Position numbers and translations under genes: made by a program. A DNA stretch of 64,000 nt, taken from Dehalococcoidia bacterium. Its GTDB lineage: Bacteria > Chloroflexota > Dehalococcoidia > UBA2979. This document shows, in pieces, positions 10,071-20,724 of this stretch; positions within the stretch are counted from its first letter, which is position 1; every line of letters begins with the position of its first letter. The stretch lies in assembly GCA_963667465.2 (NCBI GenBank), contig CAXXDN010000001.1:512001-576000 (forward strand). The letters run 5' to 3'. The notes below the pieces were generated by a model. It saw nothing but the letters and a program-made list of their open reading frames with translations, ran no database searches and was not told the DNA's origin.

Positions 10071-10937
10071 CTACCCTCCTGCCCGCTCGACGGCGCGCCG
10101 CAGGGCTCGCAGGGTGAGCACCCGCACCATGTCTCGCTTGTACTCCTCGGAGCCGCGCAGGTCGGCAGCCGGATCCGAGGCGGCCGCCGCCAGGTCGGCG
10201 GCGGCGCGCAGCGCGTCGTCGTCGAGGCTGCTGCCGATCAGCGCGTCCTCGGCCTCGCTCGCGCGGATCGTCGTCGGGCCGACGGCGGTGAGGCCGATGC
10301 CTGCCGCGCTGCAGCTGCCGTTCGAGCGCGTGATCTGCACTGCGACAGCCGCCGTCGCGAAGTCGCCGACCTTGCGCTCGAGCTTCTCGTAGGCGCCCCC
10401 GCTCCCGTCCGTGGGCTGGGGCACGCGCACCTCGGTGAGGATCTCGCCCTCATCGAGCGTGGTCATGAACGGGCCGAGCAGCAGCTCGTCGATCGACAGC
10501 GTGCGAGCGCCGCCGGGCCCGGCGACGCCGACCGCGGCGCCCAGCGCGGTCATCACCGCGCCGAGGTCGCCCGCCGGGTCGGCGTGGGCGAGCGAGCCGC
10601 CGGTCGTGCCGCGGTTGCGCACCAGCGGGTCCGCGATCACTGCGGCGGCGTCCGCAATCAGCGGGTAGCGCGAGGCGATCAGCTCCGAGCGCTCCAGCGC
10701 CGAGTGGCGCGTCAGCGCGCCGATGCGCAGCTGCCCGTCGGACTCCTCGATGCCGCTCAACGAGTCGACCGCGTTGAGGTCGACGAGGACGGCCGGGGAG
10801 GCGAGCCGCAGCTTCATCAGCGGGATAAGGCTCTGGCCGCCGGCCAGCACCCGTGCGTCGGAGCCATGCTCCGCGAGTAGTGCCAGCGCCTCGTCCAGCG
10901 TCGAGGGGGCGTGGTATTCGAACTGTCCGGGAATCAT
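10071..10937 (-). CDS. coxM: CO dehydrogenase medium (FAD) subunit
   Basis: [47 protein letters not shown]. Confidence 0.95.
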   Translation of the reverse strand: MIPGQFEYHAPSTLDEALALLAEHGSDARVLAGGQSLIPLMKLRLASPAVLVDLNAVDSLSGIEESDGQLRIGALTRHSALERSELIASRYPLIADAAAVIADPLVRNRGTTGGSLAHADPAGDLGAVMTALGAAVGVAGPGGARTLSIDELLLGPFMTTLDEGEILTEVRVPQPTDGSGGAYEKLERKVGDFATAAVAVQITRSNGSCSAAGIGLTAVGPTTIRASEAEDALIGSSLDDDALRAAADLAAAASDPAADLRGSEEYKRDMVRVLTLRALRRAVERAGG

Positions 10938-11029
10938 CGGGTACTCCTTGGCGTTCGCCCGGGCGGATGCTACAAGGCAATCACGAGTCTAGTAGGAACC
11001 GGCCCGCTTGTGGGCGAGGAGCAGGTGCG

Positions 11030-11476
11030 ATGGAGATCAAGATCGAGAAGACCTTCAAGGTGAACGCGCCGATCGATCGTGTCTGGGACTTCCTCACGGA
11101 CCCCGCGCAGGTCGTCCAGTGCATGCCCGGCGCTGAGCTGGACGAGGTGATCGACGAGCGCAACGTCCGCGGCCGCGTCGGGGTGAAGGTCGGACCCGTC
11201 GAGGCCCGCTACCGTGGCCAGGCGACCTTCGAGGAGCTCGACGAGGAGAACCACCGCATCCGCGTGGTCGGCCAGGGCATGGGCGACGGCAGCGCCGACA
11301 TGCAGCTGGCGGGCGAGCTGCGCTCCCTCGACGACGGCAGCACGGAGGCCGAGTTCGCGGCGCTCGTCAACGTCGGCGGCCGCATGGCGCAGGTCGGCTC
11401 GCGGCTGATCAAGTTCGTATCGGACCGGCTCTTCGACCAGTTCGTCTCACGCGTCCGTGAGCACGTCGAGACGTAG
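11030..11476 (+). CDS. coxG: CoxG/SRPBCC family protein
   Basis: Start MEIKIEKTF after a GAGGAG SD. VWDFLTDP..V..CMPGA, VKVGPV, GRMAQVGSRLI; divergent from coxM. Confidence 0.82.
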   Translation: MEIKIEKTFKVNAPIDRVWDFLTDPAQVVQCMPGAELDEVIDERNVRGRVGVKVGPVEARYRGQATFEELDEENHRIRVVGQGMGDGSADMQLAGELRSLDDGSTEAEFAALVNVGGRMAQVGSRLIKFVSDRLFDQFVSRVREHVET

Positions 11477-11533
11477 CTGCGGCACGGTTCAGGCAGCCGC
11501 CGCAATGCGTGGCGATCTCAGGCCGGGGGCCGG

Positions 11534-12721
11534 TCACTCTGCAGGATCCAGCGGGAGCGTGGCCGGGTCGTCCGCGCCGAGCAGGATGCTGCCGACCGAC
11601 TCGTAGTGGTCCCTCGAGGCTGCAACGTGCTGCTTCGCCACATTGAGGTCACGGAGAGCGCGCTCGATGCGATGCTCGGTGAATATGGCATTGCTGCCCG
11701 CGGCGTCGTAGAGCAGTTGCACCGCTCGCAGCGCCTCATGCGCCGAGTGCATCAGCGCCAGCCGCGCGACCCAGATGCGCCTCAGCGCGTCGGGCGCGTC
11801 CTCGTTTGCCGCGACCCAGGCCGCCTCGACCGCCTCGAGCAGGAAAGCGCGGGCGCTGCGCACGATCGCCTCGGCCTCGGCGATTGCGCGTTGCACATGC
11901 GGGCGGTTGCGCAGCAGCGTGGTCGAGTGCTTCGAAGCGTGCGTCTGGGCGAGCGCGGTCAGATCCTCGATTACGCCGCGAGCGATGCCCAGCGAGTTGC
12001 CACCGTGCAGCGACCAGCCCCACGTGCCGGCGTACGGCCTGCGGTAGCGCGGGCCGGGGAACGCTGCAGGGTCGGCGTACCACATCGTTCGCTCGGCCGG
12101 GACGAAGCGGTCGCGCACGACGAAGTCGTTGCTGCCCGTGCCGCGCATGCCCATGACGTTCCACGTATCGAGGACCTCGCCGTCCCCGTGCGGGATGAAC
12201 GCGATGCGCTGCAGCGGTTCACCGTCCGCGCCAACGCGCCGTTCGCCGCCGCGGCGGTCGAGGATCCAGCAGCCCCCGAGGATCCAGTTGGAGTGCATGA
12301 CCCCGCTGACGAAGTCCCAGTGTCCGTCGATCAGGTAGCCGCCCTCGACCTCGACGGCGGTTCCCTGGGGCAGATTTGCGCCGCCGACCATGATGTCCGT
12401 GACGCCGCGACTCTCGAGGGCGCGCATGCCCGCGATCGCCTCGGAGGAGAGCCAGCCGAGCAGCGCCGACTCGAACGATCCGTTCTGTGCCAGCCAGCCC
12501 GCAGAGCCGTCGGCGCTCGCGATCAGCTCGACGGCGCGAATGGCGGTGGTGGGCTCGGCCTCCGCGCCGCCGTAGGCAGCGGGCGCCAGCAGGGTGAACA
12601 GCCTGGCCTCGGCCATGGCGTCAACGATCTCGTCCGGCAGCTGGCGCTCGGCCTCGATCGTGTCGGCGGCGGCACGGATTCGGGGCGCGATCGCCGCTGC
12701 CGCAGCTACGACATCGAACAT
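11534..12721 (-). CDS. Acyl-CoA dehydrogenase-fold flavin-dependent hydroxylase (HsaA/NcnH-like)
   Basis: IASADGSAGW, GHWDFVSG, DTWNVMGMRGTGSNDF, IERALRD. Confidence 0.8.
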   Translation of the reverse strand: MFDVVAAAAAIAPRIRAAADTIEAERQLPDEIVDAMAEARLFTLLAPAAYGGAEAEPTTAIRAVELIASADGSAGWLAQNGSFESALLGWLSSEAIAGMRALESRGVTDIMVGGANLPQGTAVEVEGGYLIDGHWDFVSGVMHSNWILGGCWILDRRGGERRVGADGEPLQRIAFIPHGDGEVLDTWNVMGMRGTGSNDFVVRDRFVPAERTMWYADPAAFPGPRYRRPYAGTWGWSLHGGNSLGIARGVIEDLTALAQTHASKHSTTLLRNRPHVQRAIAEAEAIVRSARAFLLEAVEAAWVAANEDAPDALRRIWVARLALMHSAHEALRAVQLLYDAAGSNAIFTEHRIERALRDLNVAKQHVAASRDHYESVGSILLGADDPATLPLDPAE

Positions 12722-12796
12722 GGGACGCCGAGCATAGCAGCCGGGGTGCCCGCGTACGCCGCCGTCGCTACCAGGGTGGAGTCTCAGGCGGCCCCG

Positions 12797-14221
12797 CTAC
12801 AGCGTGACGCCGGCGAGGGCCTGGCCCTGTTCGATCGCCTGGCGGACCTGCGAGGCCGAGGGCAGCTCGGCGTAGATGCGGAGCAGCGGCTCGGTGCCGC
12901 TGAAGCGCAGCAGCAGCCACCAGCCGCCCTCGAGGGTGAAGCGGTAGCCGTCCAGCGTGTCGCGTGCGACGACGCGCAGCCCCGCGATCTCCGAGGGCGT
13001 CGCGGCTGCTGCCTGTTCCGCGATCGCGTCGCGCTCCTCCTCGCGCAGGGTGACGTCGACGCGGTCGTACGCGTGCGGTCCGAGCTCGGCGTACAGCTCG
13101 GCGAGGAGCTGCGAGGCCGGCTTGCCGGTCTGCACCATGTAGTCGAGCAGCAGCAGTCCGGACAGTACGCCATCGCGCTCCGGGATGTGGCCGCGGAAGG
13201 CGTAGCCGCCCGACTCCTCGCCGGCAACGACGGCGTCCTCCTTGATCATCCTCGGACCGAGGTGCTTGAAGCCGACCGGCGTCTCGATGACGGGGCAGCC
13301 GTGGCGCTCGCCGAGCAGGTCGACCATCCGCGTCGTCGTGATGGAGCGCACGATTGCGCCGCGCTCGCCGCGCACCTCCAGCAGGTAGCGTACGAGCAGC
13401 GCAAAGACCTGCAACTGGTTGAGGAAGCGCCCCTGCTCGTCGACCAGCCCGAAGCGGTCGCCGTCGCCGTCCGTCGCGAGGCCCACGTCGTGCCCGCCGC
13501 CCTCGAGCAGCCGCATCAGCGCGCCGAGGTTGGGCGCGATCGGCTCCGGCGCGCGCATACCCGGGAAGGCCGGGTTCGGCTCGCCGTGCAGCTCGTGCAC
13601 GGTGGTCTCGCCCTCGCCGATCGCCGCCGCCGTCAGCCCGCCCGCCGCGCCGTACATCGAGTCGACCACGACGCGCAGTCCGGCCTCGCGGATGCGTTCG
13701 AGGTCCACGAACTCGCGCAGCGCGGCGAGATAGGGCGGATTCGGGTCGAAGCGCTCGATCTTCGCTGCGGCGCCCCCGTTCGCGCCGCCCGCCGCCCCGC
13801 CGCCGTCGAGGATGGCGGGCACGGCCTCCTCGATCTCACGCGTGATCTCGGGCGGGGCGGAGTTGCCGGAGGCCTGTTTGACCTTGAAGCCGTTCCAGCG
13901 CGCCGGGTTGTGGCTGGCCGTGATCACCACGCCCGCCGCCGCGCCGCGGTCGAGCACCGCGTGCGATAGCGCGGGCGTCGGCGCGGCCCTCGATCCGAGC
14001 GCGACGGCGATGCCGTTGGCGGCGAGGACCTCGGCGGTCGCGTTGGCGAAGGCGGCGGAGAGGAAGCGCGTGTCGTAGCCGACGACCACACCGCTGCGGC
14101 CTTGCCCCGTGCGGCGCAGCCAGCCGGCCGTCGCCTGCGCGACCGCGCGCACGTGCTCGAAGGTGTAGTCCTCGGCGATGACGGCGCGCCAGCCGTCCGT
14201 GCCGAAGCGGATCTCGGCCAT
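12797..14221 (-). CDS. Phosphoglucomutase/phosphomannomutase
   Basis: FGTDGWR, ITASHNP, DGDGDR, GEESGG, RFSGTEP. Confidence 0.93.
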   Translation of the reverse strand: MAEIRFGTDGWRAVIAEDYTFEHVRAVAQATAGWLRRTGQGRSGVVVGYDTRFLSAAFANATAEVLAANGIAVALGSRAAPTPALSHAVLDRGAAAGVVITASHNPARWNGFKVKQASGNSAPPEITREIEEAVPAILDGGGAAGGANGGAAAKIERFDPNPPYLAALREFVDLERIREAGLRVVVDSMYGAAGGLTAAAIGEGETTVHELHGEPNPAFPGMRAPEPIAPNLGALMRLLEGGGHDVGLATDGDGDRFGLVDEQGRFLNQLQVFALLVRYLLEVRGERGAIVRSITTTRMVDLLGERHGCPVIETPVGFKHLGPRMIKEDAVVAGEESGGYAFRGHIPERDGVLSGLLLLDYMVQTGKPASQLLAELYAELGPHAYDRVDVTLREEERDAIAEQAAAATPSEIAGLRVVARDTLDGYRFTLEGGWWLLLRFSGTEPLLRIYAELPSASQVRQAIEQGQALAGVTL

Positions 14222-15360
14222 CAGGCCTCGCCCCCCGCTCCGAGGGCTGACGCGGCGAGTACCCCGCCGTCGCGGTAGCCGTCCTCCGGGTCCAGCAGCG
14301 TCCCGGTGGGTGGCCGCTCGCCGGCCTCGACGGCTGCGCCGTGGGCGAGCACGACACCCTCGAGGACCGCGCCCGCGCCGACGTGCGCGCCCTCGGCCAG
14401 CACCGAGTCGCGCACCCGCGCGCCCTCGCCGATCTCGACGCCGTCCCAGAGCACGCTGCCGGCCACCGTCGCGCCGCGCCCGATCGCGCAGCCCGCCCCG
14501 GCCACCACGCCGCCCTCGAGGATCGCGCCCGCGCCGACGCGGGTCCCGGCGCCGAGCAGCGCCGGGCCCTCGATGCGTGCGTCCGCGGCGAGCTCCGCCG
14601 CGCCGATCGCGCGCCCGTCCTCGGGCCAGCCCGCGGGCAGCAGCGCCGGAGCCGCACCCGTGAGGAGATCGAGGTTGGTTTGCAGGTAGGCCGCGGGGTT
14701 GCCGACATCGGCCCAGTAGCCCTCGTGGCGGTGGCCGAAGATGCCGCGTCCGTGTGCGGCGAGGTCGGGGAACAGCTCGTCCTCCACCCGGTTGAAGCGG
14801 TCGGCGTCAGGCATGCGCCCGACGGTGGACTCGAAGAGCCAGAGCCCGGCGTTGATCAGCCTCGAGGGCGCCTCCTCGCGCGGCGGCTTCTCGACGAAGC
14901 GCGTGATGCGCGCGCCCTCGCCGAGCACGACCACGCCGAAGCGCGAGGGGTCCTCGACCTCGAAGAGCGCGAGCGAGAGCTCGGCCCCGCGCTGCCGGTG
15001 CGTCTCTGCGAAGGCGCCGAGGTCAATGTCGCTGACAATGTCGCCGTTGCAGACGAGGAAGGGCTCATCCCAGCCCCCCGAGGCGTTGGCGATCGCACCG
15101 CCGGAGCCGAGCGGTTCGCCCTCGAAGACGCACTTGATCTCAAGGCCGGGCGGCGCGGCGTCGCCGCTGAACGCGGTCTCGATCGCCGCGTTGCGCTCGG
15201 TCATCGCGAAGGTGATGCGCTCGAAGCCGTGGCTACGCAGGGCGTCGAGCAGGTAGGAGAGGAGCGGGCGGTTGAGGATCGGGACGAGCTGCTTCGGCGT
15301 CCGCCACGAGAGCGGGCGCAGTCGCGTCCCCTTGCCGCCGATGAGCACGATCGCGCGCAC
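14221..15360 (-). CDS. NDP-sugar pyrophosphorylase (mannose-1-phosphate guanylyltransferase-like) with hexapeptide-repeat tail
   Basis: Start reassigned to GTG 15360. GGKGTRLRPL...PKQL, EPLGSGG, NGD, FVEKP, INAG, and a left-handed beta-helix tail. Confidence 0.9.
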   Translation of the reverse strand: MRAIVLIGGKGTRLRPLSWRTPKQLVPILNRPLLSYLLDALRSHGFERITFAMTERNAAIETAFSGDAAPPGLEIKCVFEGEPLGSGGAIANASGGWDEPFLVCNGDIVSDIDLGAFAETHRQRGAELSLALFEVEDPSRFGVVVLGEGARITRFVEKPPREEAPSRLINAGLWLFESTVGRMPDADRFNRVEDELFPDLAAHGRGIFGHRHEGYWADVGNPAAYLQTNLDLLTGAAPALLPAGWPEDGRAIGAAELAADARIEGPALLGAGTRVGAGAILEGGVVAGAGCAIGRGATVAGSVLWDGVEIGEGARVRDSVLAEGAHVGAGAVLEGVVLAHGAAVEAGERPPTGTLLDPEDGYRDGGVLAASALGAGGEA

Positions 15361-15520
15361 GGCGGGGATCGTACACCGCACCCCGCCCGCTGGGTATTGA
15401 GCGCTGGGTCGCGCGGTGGTCGCCGAAGCAGTCGATCGATCCCACGGATGAGGATTCGGTGTAGCGTCCAAGGCCGCGATTGGGTTGACCAGGACTAGCC
15501 GGAGTGTCCGATTCGCCCGT

Positions 15521-15550
15521 TTGACAATCGGTTGGACGCGTGCTGATACT
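15521..15550 (+). promoter_or_regulatory. Sigma70-type promoter upstream of the NYN gene
   Basis: Perfect TTGACA at 15521-15526, 18-nt spacer, GATACT at 15545-15550. Confidence 0.6.
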
Positions 15551-15556
15551 CGCGAC

Positions 15557-15615
15557 ACCCCTCCGGGGGTAAATCCTCCCCGCCGTCCACTGCCTCAGGT
15601 GGTGAACTGGCGGGG
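15557..15615 (+). ncRNA. Candidate structured RNA leader (two hairpins) before the NYN gene
   Basis: ACCCC-TCCG-GGGGT (15557-15570) and CCCCGCC...CCAC...GTGG...GGCGGGG (15578-15615), between the promoter and the ATG. Confidence 0.4.
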
Positions 15616-15641
15616 TTATCTATGTAGGGCATCCCGTCACT

Positions 15642-16253
15642 ATGGCAGATCGAGTCGCAGTGTTCGTCGATATGCAGAACGTGTACGGGGGAGCGCGCCG
15701 CACCTTCTACTCCGGCGTCTCCGCTCACCACACCGACGGTCAGATTGACCCGTTGGCTCTCGGTAATCTGATCTGCAGCCGCCCGCCACCGGGACTCACG
15801 CGTACTCTGGGCGAAGTCCGCGTCTACACCGGGCGGCCCGAATCGACCAAAGAGCCGAAAACGTATGGGGCGCACATGCGCCAGTGCGAGGCGTGGGAAC
15901 GAGCGGGAGCCGTCGTCATCCCCAGGCCACTGCGCTACCCAGGCGACTGGCCAGCTACCCGAGCCGAACAGAAGGGCGTGGATGTCCAGCTTGCCATCGA
16001 CTTCGTGGCGGGGGCGATCGACGATCGATACGATGTTGGGGTGGTGTTCTCGACTGATACCGACCTGCGACCGGCGCTGGAGTTCGTCACCGACCGTTTC
16101 GAACGGTATCCGCGTGCTGAAGTTGCGGCGTGGCGTGGTTCTGGCGCCAATCGCGCACTTCGCGTGCGCGGTGGTCGACGTAGCACGTGGGTGCATTACC
16201 TCGATTGGGACGACTACCTGGCAACTCGCGACCGAACCGACTATCTCCTGTAG
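15642..16253 (+). CDS. NYN domain (PIN-like) ribonuclease
   Basis: VFVDMQNV, EQKGVDVQLAID, VFSTDTDLRP acidic motifs. Confidence 0.9.
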   Translation: MADRVAVFVDMQNVYGGARRTFYSGVSAHHTDGQIDPLALGNLICSRPPPGLTRTLGEVRVYTGRPESTKEPKTYGAHMRQCEAWERAGAVVIPRPLRYPGDWPATRAEQKGVDVQLAIDFVAGAIDDRYDVGVVFSTDTDLRPALEFVTDRFERYPRAEVAAWRGSGANRALRVRGGRRSTWVHYLDWDDYLATRDRTDYLL

Positions 16254-16282
16254 ACCTGAAACCGGCTCTTGCAGTCGTTGCG

Positions 16283-17512
16283 CTACCCGCCGAGGGCGTC
16301 GAGGCCCGCGCTCTGGCGCAGCGCGTCCACCGTGTCCAGCTTCTCCCACGGCAGGTCGAGCAGCGGGCGGCCGAAGTGCCCGTAGGCCGCGGTCTGCTGG
16401 TAGATCGGGCGGCGCAGCTCGAAGCGGTCGATGATCGCCGCGGGGCGCAGGTCGAAGTGCTCATCGATCAGCCGCACGAGGTCCGCGTCGGGCAGCTTTC
16501 CCGTCCCGAACGTCTCGATCGCAACCGAGGTGGGCTGCGCCACGCCGATCGCGTACGAGACCTGGACCTCGATGCGGCCGGCCAGCCCCGCCCCGACGAT
16601 GTTCCGCGCGACGTGCCGGGCGGCGTAGGAGGCGGAGCGGTCCACCTTCGTCGGATCCTTGCCGCTGAAGGCGCCGCCGCCGTGGCGGGCGATGCCGCCG
16701 TAGGTGTCGACGATGATCTTGCGGCCCGTCAGCCCGGCGTCGCTGGCCGGCCCACCCGACACGAAGCGCCCGGTCGGGTTCACGAAGATCTTGTCCTCGT
16801 CGAGCCCGGCCAGCAGGTCGTCCGGGCAGACGTATTCGATCACGAGCTTGCGCACGTCCTCGCGCAGCTGCTCGATGGGCACGTCCGGATCATGCTGCGT
16901 GGAGACGACGACGGCCTCGAGGCGCTTGGGGACGCCGTACTCGTACTCGATCGTGACCTGCGACTTGCCGTCGGGGCGCAGGTAGGGCAGCACGCCGCTC
17001 TTGCGCAGCGCCGCCAGCCGCTGCGCGAGCCGGTGCGCGAGCCAGAGCGTGAGCGGGATGTGATCGGGAGTCTCGTCGCAGGCGAAGCCGATCATCATTC
17101 CCTGGTCGCCCGCGCCAATCTGGTCGTACACGTCCTCCGAGCCACGCTCGCGCGCCTCGATTGCGGCGTCCACACCGCGTGCGATGTCGCTGGCCTGCTC
17201 CTTGAGCGAGGAGATAACACCGCAGGTCCGCCAGTCGAAGCCGACCTCGGAGTCGTCGTAGCCGACCTCGCGGATGGTCTGGCGCACGACGTCCTGGAGG
17301 TCGACCCAGGATGTCGTGCTGACCTCGCCGAAGACGAACACCAGGCCGGTGTTGACGGCCGTTTCGCAGGCCACGCGGGCGTTGGGATCGCCCTCGATCA
17401 GCGCGTCGAGCACGGCGTCCGAGATCTGGTCGCAGAGCTTGTCCGGGTGCCCCTCGGTAACTGACTCGCTGGTCAGCAGCAAGGACGGCGAGTCGAAGAA
17501 GGTGTTGCTCAT
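16283..17512 (-). CDS. metK: S-adenosylmethionine synthetase
   Basis: [33 protein letters not shown]. Confidence 0.98.
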   Translation of the reverse strand: MSNTFFDSPSLLLTSESVTEGHPDKLCDQISDAVLDALIEGDPNARVACETAVNTGLVFVFGEVSTTSWVDLQDVVRQTIREVGYDDSEVGFDWRTCGVISSLKEQASDIARGVDAAIEARERGSEDVYDQIGAGDQGMMIGFACDETPDHIPLTLWLAHRLAQRLAALRKSGVLPYLRPDGKSQVTIEYEYGVPKRLEAVVVSTQHDPDVPIEQLREDVRKLVIEYVCPDDLLAGLDEDKIFVNPTGRFVSGGPASDAGLTGRKIIVDTYGGIARHGGGAFSGKDPTKVDRSASYAARHVARNIVGAGLAGRIEVQVSYAIGVAQPTSVAIETFGTGKLPDADLVRLIDEHFDLRPAAIIDRFELRRPIYQQTAAYGHFGRPLLDLPWEKLDTVDALRQSAGLDALGG

Positions 17513-17584
17513 GCCCCCTGCCTTCCGCGCGTCTCTGCCCCCGATTGGACCGCAGTTCTGCCGCAGCCGCCATCACTGCGGCGC

Positions 17585-18868
17585 TCAGGCGGTGCCCAGC
17601 TCCCACGAGCGCAGGTAGTGCTCCTGCTCCTCCGTCAGCGTATCGATCGCCACGCCCATCGCCGCCAGCTTGAGGCGCGCGACCTCCTCGTCGATCTCGC
17701 GCGGTACGTCGTACACGCCTGGCCCGAGGCTCGCGTGCTGGCTCGCGAGGTATTCGAGGCAGAGCGCCTGGTTCGCGAACGACATGTCCATCACGCTCGC
17801 CGGGTGCCCCTCCGCCGCGCCGAGGTTGATCAGCCGCCCCTCGGCCAGCACCACCAGTTGACGCCCGTCGCTCAGCGTCCACTCCTCGACGAACGGGCGC
17901 AGCTCGCGCCTCGCCTCCGTCATCGCCGCGAGCGCCTCGAGGTTGATCTCGGCGTCGAAGTGGCCGGAGTTGGCGAGGATCGCGCCGCTCCGCATCGCCT
18001 CGAACGCCGGGCGGTCGATTACGTTGATGTCGCCCGTCGCCGTTACGAAGATGTCGCCCTCGGCCGCCGCATCGGCGATCGGCATGACGCGGTAGCCGTC
18101 GAGCAGCGCCTCCAGGGCGCGCGTCGGTTGGACCTCGGTGACGACCACGTGTGCGCCGTGTCCCTGCGCGCGCATCGCGATGCCGCGCCCGCACCAGCCG
18201 TAGCCGCAGACCACAACGGTCTTGCCCGCCAGCAGGATGTTGGTCGCGCGGATGATGCCGTCGAGGGTGGACTGGCCGGTACCGTAGCGATTGTCGAAGA
18301 AGCGCTTCGTCTCCGCCTCGTTGACGGCGACGATCGGGTAGCCGAGCGCGTCGTCGTCCGCCATCGCGCGCAGCCGGATCACCCCGGTCGTCGTCTCCTC
18401 GGTTCCGCCGGCGACGCCGTCGAGGAGGTCGCGTCGCTCGCGGTGCAGCAGCGCGGTCAGGTCCGCGCCGTCGTCGATCGTCAGTTGCGGCCCGACGCCC
18501 GGCGCGTGCTCGATCGCGAGGTCGAGGTGGCGGAAGTAGGTGGGGTGATCCTCGCCCTTGATCGCGAAGGTCGGCACGCCGTACTCGGCGACGAGTGCGG
18601 CTGCCACGTCGTCCTGCGTGGAGAGCGGATTCGAGGCGGCGAGCCGCGTCTCCGCGCCGCCGTCGCGCAGCGCCAGCAGCAGGTTCGCGGTCTCCGTGGT
18701 GACGTGGGCGCAGGTGCTGACGCGCAGGCCCTCGAGGGGGCGCTCGGCGGAGAAGCGCTCGCGGATCCGGGCCACGACGGGCATCTCGCGCGCCGCCCAC
18801 TCGATGCGGCGTACGCCCGCGGCAGCGAGTCCGGGGTCGGCGATCTCGCCGGCGGTCGCGTTGCTCAT
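17585..18868 (-). CDS. ahcY: Adenosylhomocysteinase
   Basis: [47 protein letters not shown]. Confidence 0.97.
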   Translation of the reverse strand: MSNATAGEIADPGLAAAGVRRIEWAAREMPVVARIRERFSAERPLEGLRVSTCAHVTTETANLLLALRDGGAETRLAASNPLSTQDDVAAALVAEYGVPTFAIKGEDHPTYFRHLDLAIEHAPGVGPQLTIDDGADLTALLHRERRDLLDGVAGGTEETTTGVIRLRAMADDDALGYPIVAVNEAETKRFFDNRYGTGQSTLDGIIRATNILLAGKTVVVCGYGWCGRGIAMRAQGHGAHVVVTEVQPTRALEALLDGYRVMPIADAAAEGDIFVTATGDINVIDRPAFEAMRSGAILANSGHFDAEINLEALAAMTEARRELRPFVEEWTLSDGRQLVVLAEGRLINLGAAEGHPASVMDMSFANQALCLEYLASQHASLGPGVYDVPREIDEEVARLKLAAMGVAIDTLTEEQEHYLRSWELGTA

Positions 18869-18892
18869 CGATTCCTCCCGACGGGTGCCACC

Positions 18893-19822
18893 TTACGTGC
18901 CGGGCGCGACGCGCACGAGGCGCTCGCCGTCCGGGCCGCGCTGCGCGAAGCGACGCCGCAGCAGCGCGCCCAGCCCGAGCCCGTCGCGGCGCTGGAAGCG
19001 CGCCTCGTGCACCGGCGCGCCCCGCACGTAGCCGAGTCGCTCGTAGGCGCGCAGCGCAGGGGCGTTCTCCGGGTCGACGGTCAGCGTCACTTGCCAGCAG
19101 CCGCGCTCCAGCAGATCGGCCGTGACCGCCGAGGTGACGCGCGTCGCGAGCCCACGCCCGCGTGCGGAGGTGCGCGTGAAGACGTTGCCGACCACAGCGA
19201 TACCCATGCCGGGCGAGACGAGGTGCGTCCCCGCGACGGCGGCGAGCGAGCCGCCCTCGAAGACGCCATGGTAGACGCCCTGCTCGATGTGCTCGCCGCG
19301 GTAGCCGGTGGGGCCGCCGCCGGTCGCGTAGAGCGCGTTCAGCTGGCGCGCGTCGCGCGCCGTGAGGCGCTGCACGGAGCGCTGGCCGATGCCCGTACCG
19401 GCCGGGCGGAAGCTGTCGGCGTCGACGGACATGCGGATCATCGAGATCAGACCGCCGAGCGTGTAGACGCCGCGCAGCGCCGGCAGGTGCTCCGGGGCGC
19501 AGGTTGCGAGGTAGCCGCCTCGCGGGCCCGGGTGCAGGGACAACGTCGCGGCGGCCGCGGCCGGGTCGCCGCTGATCACGCTCATCTTGCCCAGCGAGCC
19601 GTTGGCGTGCATCACCACCGCGTGCTCGCCGGCCGGCCCTTCCGCCGTCCAGAACCGCGCAGCGGCGAAGAGCCCGCTATCGAGGTGGCCGAGCGCGAAC
19701 GCAGCGTGGGCGCGGTCCTCGCCCAGCAGGGCGAGCAGGCGCTGGTTGTCGCGCTCCTCGTGAACGCGGTAGAGCGCGGCGTCGTCCGCGGCGGCGCGAT
19801 CGTGCGAGAGCGTGCGCGTCAT
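18893..19822 (-). CDS. GNAT-family acetyltransferase
   Basis: C-terminal VGNVFT..SARGRGLA and N.PALRAYERLGY. Confidence 0.8.
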   Translation of the reverse strand: MTRTLSHDRAAADDAALYRVHEERDNQRLLALLGEDRAHAAFALGHLDSGLFAAARFWTAEGPAGEHAVVMHANGSLGKMSVISGDPAAAAATLSLHPGPRGGYLATCAPEHLPALRGVYTLGGLISMIRMSVDADSFRPAGTGIGQRSVQRLTARDARQLNALYATGGGPTGYRGEHIEQGVYHGVFEGGSLAAVAGTHLVSPGMGIAVVGNVFTRTSARGRGLATRVTSAVTADLLERGCWQVTLTVDPENAPALRAYERLGYVRGAPVHEARFQRRDGLGLGALLRRRFAQRGPDGERLVRVAPGT

Positions 19823-20703
19823 GGCTCGTCCGGCGGCTCGCCGTGGTAGCGCCGCAGCAGCAGCGCGAGCCGCCGTCGCGTCTCCAGTGGCACGAGATCG
19901 GGCGACGTCACCAGTGCCGAGGCGAGCGCGTCGCCGCAGCCGCAGTCCCCGCGCTCGCCCAGTCCGGCGACCGTCCGCACCAGCGCCTGGCGGCCGCGCG
20001 CGGCGTTCCTCGCGAGGTTCTCCAACACCATGTCGGCGCTCACGTCCTCCTCCGATTCGCGCCAGACGTCGTAGTCGGTGACGAAGCAGAGCGCGGCGTA
20101 GCAGAGCTCGGCCTCGCGGGCGAGCTTCGCCTCCGGGAGCGCTGTCATGCCGATGATCGTGCCGCCGGCGTCACGGTTGATGCGCGCCTCGGCGCGCGTC
20201 GAGAACGACGGCCCCTCGCTCACCACCAGCGCGCCGCCTCGATGCGTCGTGACGCCGCTCGCCTCGGCTGCGTCGGCCAGCGCTGCCGCGAGGTCGGCGC
20301 AGAACGGGTCGGCGAAGCCGATGTGCGCGACCATGCCGTCGCCGAAGAAGGTGTGCGGCCGCTGCCAGTTCGTCCGGTCGATGATCTGGTCGGGCGTCAC
20401 GGCGTGCAGCGGCTCGATCTGCTCGCGCAGCGAGCCGACGGCGGAGAGCGAAATCACGCGCTGCGCGCCGAGCTGCTTGAGCGCGTGGATGTTGGCGCGC
20501 GCGGGCACCTCGGAGGGCAGCAGGCGGTGCCCCTCGCCGTGCCGCGCGATGAAGGCGATGCGCCGGCCCTCGATCGTTCCGGCGACGATCGGCCCGCTTG
20601 GCGCGCCGAAGGGCGTCTCGACCTCGAGCCGCTCGGCACCGCGCAGCTCCTCGAGCTGGTAGAAGCCGGACCCGCCGATAACGCCGATCTCCGCCGTGCT
20701 CAT
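19819..20703 (-). CDS. mtnP: S-methyl-5'-thioadenosine phosphorylase
   Basis: IGVIGGSG, ARHG, SAVGSL, EGPSFSTRAE, GMT..PEAKLARE, VTDYD.W. Confidence 0.93.
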   Translation of the reverse strand: MSTAEIGVIGGSGFYQLEELRGAERLEVETPFGAPSGPIVAGTIEGRRIAFIARHGEGHRLLPSEVPARANIHALKQLGAQRVISLSAVGSLREQIEPLHAVTPDQIIDRTNWQRPHTFFGDGMVAHIGFADPFCADLAAALADAAEASGVTTHRGGALVVSEGPSFSTRAEARINRDAGGTIIGMTALPEAKLAREAELCYAALCFVTDYDVWRESEEDVSADMVLENLARNAARGRQALVRTVAGLGERGDCGCGDALASALVTSPDLVPLETRRRLALLLRRYHGEPPDEP

Positions 20704-20724
20704 GCCTGATCCTCCATGTTGCCG

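Noticed and set aside
17513-17584. SAM riboswitch upstream of metK
   Set aside because: Only about 70 nt inside an operon, with no recognisable SAM-I or SAM-II consensus.
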